Source: a phage. Taken from it: 61,121 nt of DNA. The stretch lies in NCBI GenBank assembly GCA_012008225.1, contig GCA_012008225.1_4768.1. One strand, written 5' to 3'. The position numbers and the translations under genes were made by a program. The stretch's first letter is position 1; each line of letters begins with the position of its first letter. This document shows positions 54,636 through 61,121 of the stretch, piece by piece. The notes under the pieces are model-generated. The model had not been told where the DNA came from, did not search any database, and saw only the letters and a program-made list of their open reading frames with translations.

Positions 54636-55256
54636 ATGTCGAATGTAAATTATCTGGAATTAAAATCTCACCAAGAACAAATTCAAGCGGCTGTAAGAAA
54701 CCTTCTAGCTATTATTGAAGGGTATGATACTACTGATCTCCGTGAAGGTTTGGTGGAGACTCCAGATCGTGTAGCTAAGGCCTATGCTACATGGTTCGGA
54801 GGTTATTCTGTTGATATCGAAAGACTGTTCAAAACCTTTGAAGATGGTGGGGAAAACTGTAATGAAATGGTGGTCGTCCGCGATATCCCTGTCTACAGTC
54901 ATTGCGAGCATCATATGGCTCCTATTATTGGTCATGCGGTGGTCGGATATGTCCCAAATGGAAAAATTGTTGGTCTCAGTAAGTTATCTCGTGTGGTTGA
55001 TGCTTTTGCTCGACGTTTGCAAGTCCAGGAGCGTCTAACTAACCAAATTGCGGATGCCATTGTGGAACACTTAGACCCGAAAGCTGTTTGTGTCTACATT
55101 GACGCCAAACATATGTGCATGGAGTCGCGCGGTGTTAAGCAGGTATGCGGCAGCTCCACTATTACCAAAGCGTTCCGGGGCGCTACAGAACTGGAGCATG
55201 GTAGCGATATTGGTAAAGAATGGCGCCGGGAGTTCCTTGAAGCGTGTAAAAAGTAA
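54636..55256 (+). CDS. folE: GTP cyclohydrolase I (FolE)
   Basis: ATG at 54636 after AAGGAAA; [46 protein letters not shown] closely matches bacterial FolE. Confidence 0.9.
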   Translation: MSNVNYLELKSHQEQIQAAVRNLLAIIEGYDTTDLREGLVETPDRVAKAYATWFGGYSVDIERLFKTFEDGGENCNEMVVVRDIPVYSHCEHHMAPIIGHAVVGYVPNGKIVGLSKLSRVVDAFARRLQVQERLTNQIADAIVEHLDPKAVCVYIDAKHMCMESRGVKQVCGSSTITKAFRGATELEHGSDIGKEWRREFLEACKK

Positions 55257-55291
55257 CTGATTTGCGAATCATACATTATCTTTAATATAAT

Positions 55292-55316
55292 AAGCGCCTA
55301 CGGGCGCTTATTTGTT
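55292..55316 (+). terminator. Rho-independent terminator
   Basis: AAGCGCC-TACG-GGCGCTT (7 bp stem) followed by ATTTGTT. Confidence 0.6.
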
Positions 55317-55325
55317 AGGTGAACA

Positions 55326-56279
55326 ATGCACAGAGAAGATATCAACTATACCTTTCAGATTTATATGGCTGCCGTATATACGAACAGCTATAAACCGGGA
55401 ATGAACCGCTATGTTAAACTCAACGAACAAGAAAAACGTGTTGTCGAAAATATTCCAAATATCCTTGAATCCTGGCACTACGTTGGAAAGCAATCCTATG
55501 TTGATGCCATGCGTGCCGATGGGGCCAAGATATTCCTCGACTCCGGAGCGTTCTCAGCTTACACTTTGGGAGTTACGTTATCAGTTAAAGAATACTGTGA
55601 TTACATCCAACGAAACATAGATATCATCCGTGTGGAGGATGGTTCACTTATGGCGTCTGTACTCGATGGTATCGGAGATCCACTTCAAACGTGGCGCAAC
55701 CAGGAAGAGATGGAAGCCAGAGGTGTAAGACCTTTACCATGCTTCCACGCCGGCGAACCTTTTGAATACCTGGACCATTATGTACGAAATTATGAATATA
55801 TCACTCTCGGTGGTCTTGTTGGAGCGAGTACACAACAACTTCAGGTATGGCTAGACAGGGTATGGGATAAACACCTTGTAGACGGTAGTGGGCGAGCTAA
55901 GATCAAAGTCCATGGCTTTGGTATTACGTCCCGCCCACTTATGGAGCGTTACCCGTGGTACTCCTGTGACTCATCCTCCTGGATTCAATCTGCCGCGTTT
56001 GGTGCTATTGAAACTCCTAAGTGGGGCCCAATGCAGGTATCCGAAAAGTCACCGTCACGCCACTATCAAGGGCAACATATCTGCAATCTTTCAGAAATAG
56101 AACAAAATAACGTTCTGCGCTACTTAGAGGAGTCAGGTTTCACATACGAACGACTTTCAACGATATACGAATCACGCGCTGCATACAATTTATGGGCGTA
56201 TGGTGTGGTCAACGCTATGATTCTTGCTAACCACAATGGGAAGTTCAACGAACGTCTCCAGGATTTATTTGACGAATAA
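55326..56279 (+). CDS. dpdA: DNA-guanine transglycosylase DpdA (tRNA-guanine transglycosylase homolog)
   Basis: TGT-like FLDSGAFSAY motif; AGGTG before ATG; linked to queE/queC/queD/folE. Confidence 0.8.
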   Translation: MHREDINYTFQIYMAAVYTNSYKPGMNRYVKLNEQEKRVVENIPNILESWHYVGKQSYVDAMRADGAKIFLDSGAFSAYTLGVTLSVKEYCDYIQRNIDIIRVEDGSLMASVLDGIGDPLQTWRNQEEMEARGVRPLPCFHAGEPFEYLDHYVRNYEYITLGGLVGASTQQLQVWLDRVWDKHLVDGSGRAKIKVHGFGITSRPLMERYPWYSCDSSSWIQSAAFGAIETPKWGPMQVSEKSPSRHYQGQHICNLSEIEQNNVLRYLEESGFTYERLSTIYESRAAYNLWAYGVVNAMILANHNGKFNERLQDLFDE

Positions 56280-56287
56280 GGTTACTT

Positions 56288-57280
56288 ATGGATTTGCTTG
56301 ATGCTTTAAAGTTTGTTCAGGGTTCTGTAGCTAAGAAAGAACTTCAGGAAGGTTTAACTCACTTCCGTATTGTTGATGGTACTGTGCGCGGGTTCAACGG
56401 AACTATTTCATTGTGTAGTCCAGTGCCGCTGAATATTGACTGTACACCTAAAGCTGAACCAATGTTGAAGGCTATTGCAGCATGTGATGAAGCTGTACAG
56501 ATGACAATGTTAGCGAACGGCAAGTTGAGTATTAAGTCTGGTGGCTTTAAGGTTAGTGTGGATACTCTTCAGAAACCAACTGCACACGTAGAGCCAGAGG
56601 GAACAATTCACGAAATAGACGGTCAACTTTTTCTCAACGGTTTAAGCCGTGTAACGCCGTTTATAAGCGACGATGCTTCCCGCCCGTGGTCTTGCGGCGT
56701 GCTGGTAAAACAGGGCAGTATGTACGCGACCAACAACGCTAGTATTATACAATATTGGTTCGGTGCTGTATTCCCTGTAGATTGTGTTGTGCCACGTATG
56801 GCCATCAAAGAATTATTGCGTATTAAAAAGCCACCAGTAAGAATTCAATGTACAGATACCAGCATGACATTTCACTACGAAGACGGTTGTTGGTTGCGTA
56901 CCCAATTGTTGGAATTAAAGTGGCCTAACATTGATAAGATAATTGAGCGTACAGAAAAGGGGTCCGACGTCTATACGCTTGATACTGAGCTTTTTAATTG
57001 CTTAGAAAAGATAAAACCGTTCTGTGAGCGGGATGGGCGTATTTACATGGAAAATGGTGTTGTACGCACACATTACAACGAGCTGGATGGTGCTAGTGCA
57101 ATGTTCCGTGAATCTAAGTCAATTGGCGTGTATAATATAGATCTCATTATGCAGTTGAAAGGACTTGCAACGGACTGGGATGCTTCGCGTTTCAATGAAA
57201 AGGACGAAAGGGGTCTTTCAACTCCTATTATTTTTTATGGTGAAAATCTACGTGGGGTAATTGTAGGATTTCGTCTATGA
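56288..57280 (+). CDS. Putative sliding-clamp-like processivity factor
   Basis: 330 aa directly upstream of and overlapping the polymerase gene; weak resemblance to beta-clamp N-terminus. Confidence 0.4.
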   Translation: MDLLDALKFVQGSVAKKELQEGLTHFRIVDGTVRGFNGTISLCSPVPLNIDCTPKAEPMLKAIAACDEAVQMTMLANGKLSIKSGGFKVSVDTLQKPTAHVEPEGTIHEIDGQLFLNGLSRVTPFISDDASRPWSCGVLVKQGSMYATNNASIIQYWFGAVFPVDCVVPRMAIKELLRIKKPPVRIQCTDTSMTFHYEDGCWLRTQLLELKWPNIDKIIERTEKGSDVYTLDTELFNCLEKIKPFCERDGRIYMENGVVRTHYNELDGASAMFRESKSIGVYNIDLIMQLKGLATDWDASRFNEKDERGLSTPIIFYGENLRGVIVGFRL

Positions 57281-59250
57281 GAAAAGATGCTATTGGTTTC
57301 TTTTGGGAGGATTTACCTCCCGCTAAGAAAGAGAAGAAACAGAAAGTAAAACGTCAACCAGTTGAAAGGGTATGGGAACGCCCGGACTACCTTCCAGGTC
57401 TTGATGCAGCAATGCGTTTTGCAGCTAATGATCCGCGTATGACAGACGGTGAATTAGTGGAGATGTATTTTGCACAAGAAACGTTCGTATACGATATAGA
57501 ATGCTATAAGAACTATTTTCTTGTGGCGTTTAAAGGGGTTAAGTTCGGTAAGGTTTATTATCTAGAAATGACTGCCGGTCAGACACTTGACACGGAAAAA
57601 TATGAATGGATAATGAAGAACTTTCGTACTGTTGGTTTCAACTCAAGAAACTACGATAATACGATGACATTCCTTGCCATTGCTGGTTTAACTGTTGACA
57701 AGCTGAAAGAAGCAAGTGACAGGATGATCCAGGAAGAGTGGGCTCCGTGGGATATTCTTAACAGCTTTGGTGTAAAACAGTTTTGGATTGACCACATTGA
57801 CGTTCAAGAGGTAGCTCCTGGCTTCGGTTCGTTGAAGCTGTACGGTGGCCGTATGCACATGCAGAAGCTCCAGGACTTACCATTCCCACCACATTGGGCG
57901 TTATCAGTAGAACAGATTGCTATTGTGCGCTTCTACTGTATCAACGACCTTGATACAACAATGGCTCTGTTTAACTCATTGGAAGAGCAGATCCATTTAC
58001 GTGAGATTATGAGTGAAGAGTATAAAGTAGACCTTCGCTCTAAATCCGATGCACAGATTGCAGAAGCTGTAATCCGCCATGAAATGAAGGAAATGCTGGG
58101 CTTCGTACCACAGAAGGGTATGGTGGAAGTCGGTAGAACCTTTAGGTACAATCCTCCAGTGTGGTTAGGTTTCCAAACTCCACTAATGAAGTCTGTATTT
58201 CAGGTTGTGCTTGATAGTTACTTCCGAGTTGCAGAAGATGGTAAAATTAAGCAACCATCAACCATGAACTCTTTGAAGTTTACAATCAATCAGACAACTT
58301 ACAACATGGGTATCGGTGGTCTGCACTCATGCGAAGAGTTAATGGAGATTGTACCATCTGAAGATGAAGAGATGTGGGATGCTGACGTAACGTCATACTA
58401 CCCAATCTGTATCATTAACCAGCAACTGTATCCTGAACACCTGGGCCCACGTTTTATTGATATCTTCGTTAAGATCGTAGAACGACGTATTGCAGCTAAG
58501 ATGGCTCATGACGATAAGACCGCACAAACTCTTAAGATCGTTATCAACGGTTCCTATGGTAAGTTCGGTTCACCGTTCTCTATTCTGTATGCACCGCACC
58601 TTATTATTCAGACTACACTCACAGGTCAGTTAGCTCTACTTATGCTCATTGAGACACTAGAGCTTAACGGTATTCAGGTCGTTAGTGCTAACACGGATGG
58701 TATCGTTATTAAGCCTTGCAAAGCTAAGAAGCAATTAATGACGGATATCATTAAGTGGTGGGAGGAAACAACGGGCTTTGAAATGGAGTTGAACCAGTAT
58801 CTGCGCCTTAACTCTGCAAACGTTAACAACTACGTTGCAATCAAGGCGGATGGTAAAGCCAAGCGTAAAGGTTGGTTCGCAGAGACTGGCTTAGCTAAGA
58901 ACGCTGAAGGTGAGATTATTATGGATGCAGTTGTTAATCTGCTTCGTGACGGTACACCAATTGCCAAAACTATCACAGAGTGTCAGGATATTCGTAAGTT
59001 TGTTTGTATCAAGACAGCTAATGGTGGAGCTGCGTGGAATAGTGAGCCGTTAGGTAAGGTTGTTCGCTGGTATTACACAAAAGAAGAAGTGCCTGAAATA
59101 TTGATAGTCAAGAGTGGTGGACGTGTCGGTAAGACAGCAGGTGGTAAACCTATGATGGAACTCACTGACCAGCTACCGCCAGATCTCAACCACGAAGTAT
59201 ACATAGCTAAAGCGGAAAAATTGCTGGAAAAACTCGCATACGCCGCTTAA
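57277..59250 (+). CDS. DNA polymerase, family B
   Basis: Exo I YDIE, exo II YCINDLD, motif A DADVTSYYPICII, motif B KIVINGSYGKFG, motif C ANTDGIV; 657 aa. Confidence 0.85.
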   Translation: MRKDAIGFFWEDLPPAKKEKKQKVKRQPVERVWERPDYLPGLDAAMRFAANDPRMTDGELVEMYFAQETFVYDIECYKNYFLVAFKGVKFGKVYYLEMTAGQTLDTEKYEWIMKNFRTVGFNSRNYDNTMTFLAIAGLTVDKLKEASDRMIQEEWAPWDILNSFGVKQFWIDHIDVQEVAPGFGSLKLYGGRMHMQKLQDLPFPPHWALSVEQIAIVRFYCINDLDTTMALFNSLEEQIHLREIMSEEYKVDLRSKSDAQIAEAVIRHEMKEMLGFVPQKGMVEVGRTFRYNPPVWLGFQTPLMKSVFQVVLDSYFRVAEDGKIKQPSTMNSLKFTINQTTYNMGIGGLHSCEELMEIVPSEDEEMWDADVTSYYPICIINQQLYPEHLGPRFIDIFVKIVERRIAAKMAHDDKTAQTLKIVINGSYGKFGSPFSILYAPHLIIQTTLTGQLALLMLIETLELNGIQVVSANTDGIVIKPCKAKKQLMTDIIKWWEETTGFEMELNQYLRLNSANVNNYVAIKADGKAKRKGWFAETGLAKNAEGEIIMDAVVNLLRDGTPIAKTITECQDIRKFVCIKTANGGAAWNSEPLGKVVRWYYTKEEVPEILIVKSGGRVGKTAGGKPMMELTDQLPPDLNHEVYIAKAEKLLEKLAYAA

Positions 59251-59256
59251 TAAAAT

Positions 59257-59284
59257 GTGGGCCAATACATTTGTACTGGCCCAC
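59257..59284 (-). terminator. Hairpin terminator between convergent genes
   Basis: GTGGGCCA(A)TAC-ATTT-GTA(C)TGGCCCAC, 12 bp stem with one mismatch; U-rich on minus strand. Confidence 0.45.
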
Positions 59285-59320
59285 AATAAAATGCCCTAAA
59301 ATGCCGCACGTTGCTTCTGC

Positions 59321-59590
59321 TTATTCTTCTTTTTCTTGTTTTTTATTTGATTCTTGGATGCCTAGCACAGCCAAGACCTTCACAGCAATACGTTGTGCAA
59401 TATCAACTTGTTGATGAGTTAACTTACCTGAACTCATTACAGACATGATGCCGGATAATGAGCCCATGGATTTAAAATCATTAAAAGCAGATTTTAGGAT
59501 ATCTAATTCTGAGTGGCCTTCATCTACTACAACATGAGCTCGTATTGCTAGTTGTTTTACTACTTTATCAATACCTTCGTTCTTTGTCAT
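59321..59590 (-). CDS. Hypothetical protein
   Basis: 89 aa ORF. Confidence 0.5.
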   Translation of the reverse strand: MTKNEGIDKVVKQLAIRAHVVVDEGHSELDILKSAFNDFKSMGSLSGIMSVMSSGKLTHQQVDIAQRIAVKVLAVLGIQESNKKQEKEE

Positions 59591-60129
59591 TTAACTTCAC
59601 CTTTCTGCTCTGGCTTGACCACAGTTTGCGGTTGCGCTTGAGGTTCTGGAGTTTGCGGTTTCGCGTGTAACACGCTCTGATCTATCGTTGGTGGCCATGG
59701 GCTAATGCTCTCACGGGATTCTACAGGCTGCGCGGGTTCCAGACCTAAGAACTTACTTACGAATTCACCTGCAAAGTCAGAGTTATCGCTTACATATACG
59801 TGCATACGATCGAGATCGGATTGGCTAATGGAGTTCGGAGCTATTGTGATCTTAAACTGGTGGAAGCCAACATACATCACATTCACTGGACGTTCGATAG
59901 TACCTGGCGTTGGTGGTATCACACCCATTATCCAACAATAATGAACCCGACCATCTGCCATAGGTTCGCAACCAGCATTTAGCCAGCTGACCTTTTGGTG
60001 CGGAAACGCAGTCGTTGAATCTGTAGCGTCCCGACGTAACGCCCATTCAACGCCGCCAACACTGATGGAGCTTTTCGGTTTCATACCATTGAATTGAGTA
60101 ACGCCCATACCATTGTTTATATTCTGCAT
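59587..60129 (-). CDS. Hypothetical protein with Pro/Gln-rich C-terminus
   Basis: 180 aa ORF; ATGA overlap with downstream gene. Confidence 0.5.
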   Translation of the reverse strand: MQNINNGMGVTQFNGMKPKSSISVGGVEWALRRDATDSTTAFPHQKVSWLNAGCEPMADGRVHYCWIMGVIPPTPGTIERPVNVMYVGFHQFKITIAPNSISQSDLDRMHVYVSDNSDFAGEFVSKFLGLEPAQPVESRESISPWPPTIDQSVLHAKPQTPEPQAQPQTVVKPEQKGEVK

Positions 60130-60145
60130 GTCGGCTTCCTATCTC

Positions 60146-60511
60146 TTACATCTCTTTCATTTTCTTGAGTGCGCAAATACAGGCCGCCGCAAGATCAGTT
60201 AGTTCTTTTTCTACACCAGTATGTGAACCTTCAGCTTTCTTTTCCATCAGTTCACGATACTCCATTTCGACAATTGACATCATGCCGCCGGACTTGCTAC
60301 TGTACGCCGCCCAAGTCGACGGAGGCTGTTCCATCCGCTGATGCACATCTGCCATAACTGCCATAGATTCATGATCTCTAGCATGAAGTTTATCATGTTC
60401 GTGATACTCCTCTTTATGGTGTTCGTCCGTCTTGTAAACCAGATGAGGTAACACAATCATTGGAAGACGAACATGTGGTAACGCAAACGTGGCTATCTTA
60501 ATGTGACCCAT
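60146..60511 (-). CDS. Putative MazG-like nucleotide pyrophosphohydrolase
   Basis: 121 aa; acidic helix motifs EMEYRELMEKKAE and EKELTDLAAACICAL; AAGAGG before ATG at 60511. Confidence 0.4.
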   Translation of the reverse strand: MGHIKIATFALPHVRLPMIVLPHLVYKTDEHHKEEYHEHDKLHARDHESMAVMADVHQRMEQPPSTWAAYSSKSGGMMSIVEMEYRELMEKKAEGSHTGVEKELTDLAAACICALKKMKEM

Positions 60512-60576
60512 ATGTCTGACCTCTTTTTAAAAACGCCCCGTGAGAGGCGTTTAGTTGACCACACTTTAGGATCTTA

Positions 60577-61121
60577 TCAACCACAGCAACCAGTCGGCGG
60601 AGTCGGAGGAGTTGGCAGCTTGAAGTTAACGAGTTGTTCAACCTGATCGATTTGACACTTCAGTTTCGCGGTCTGAGCCTGCTGAGAGATCAGGAAATCG
60701 CGTGACTGGATCTGGGACTTCAGATCACAAATTAGGATTGCTTGACGATCAGCTTCTTGTTTCAACAGCAGAGCGCGGGTTTCGTTACCCTGACGTTCGA
60801 TGTTGAGGTTGGTTTCGCAGCAGCACTCTTGAGCTCGTAATTGAGCTTCATAAGCAATACGCTGTTGTTCATAGGATTGAGCGCAGATAGCGTTGGCGAT
60901 CTGGTTAGTGCCCTGCTGAACCTGATTATTCAGACCAGCGAAGCCTTGCACGGATGCCAGCAGGTTTTGAGTGTTCTGCTGAGTGATACCGTTAAAGGTG
61001 GAAGCGGCAGAACGCTCTACAGTTAGGTTAGTACCGTTCTGACCTTGGATAGTCTGCAGAGTGCCGTTGTTGATAGCTTGCAGAATAGCATTGGTGTCAA
61101 CTGATGCTTGAACTTCTACAG
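60577..61121 (-). CDS. Asn/Gln/Thr-rich protein, C-terminal fragment (gene starts beyond the right edge)
   Basis: Frame is open from 61121 to stop at 60577; composition fiber-like; C-terminus ...PTPPTPPTGCCG. Confidence 0.5.
   Translation of the reverse strand, partial: VEVQASVDTNAILQAINNGTLQTIQGQNGTNLTVERSAASTFNGITQQNTQNLLASVQGFAGLNNQVQQGTNQIANAICAQSYEQQRIAYEAQLRAQECCCETNLNIERQGNETRALLLKQEADRQAILICDLKSQIQSRDFLISQQAQTAKLKCQIDQVEQLVNFKLPTPPTPPTGCCG

Noticed and set aside
1-61121. Integrated temperate prophage interpretation
   Set aside because: No integrase, repressor/Cro switch, attachment-site repeats or bacterial flanking genes seen; gene content (own PolB, primase, helicase, ligase, DNA hypermodification) is typical of a virulent phage

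Overview
The window reads as a contiguous ~61 kb stretch of a virulent tailed-phage genome (siphovirus-like, with enterobacterial-style Shine-Dalgarno sequences and sigma70-like promoters). It has two large divergent blocks. The minus-strand block (280-28817, transcribed right to left) carries small accessory genes, a lysis cassette, terminase small and large subunits, portal, scaffold, major capsid protein, head-tail joining proteins, major tail protein, chaperones with a -1 frameshift, tape measure, distal tail proteins and two tail fibers. The plus-strand block (29305-59250) carries an early operon of small paralogous proteins, a ~1 kb repeat-rich noncoding region, many small early genes, a primase, an HNH homing endonuclease, a resolvase, dUTPase, RNase H, DNA ligase, a recombination module, an SF2 helicase, a complete 7-deazaguanine DNA-modification cluster (QueE, Gat-QueC, QueD, FolE, DpdA) and a family-B DNA polymerase. 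Both edges cut minus-strand genes, so the replicon is larger than the window. Gene content resembles the 9g/Seurat-like E. coli siphoviruses that carry deazaguanine-modified DNA; that identification is inference only. I found no tRNA, rRNA, CRISPR array, integrase or attachment site by eye. Coordinates include the stop codon. Several ORF-track starts are GTG/TTG, and I moved starts to an in-frame ATG with a Shine-Dalgarno sequence only where I checked the bases. All domain calls rest on motif recognition by eye, not on searches.
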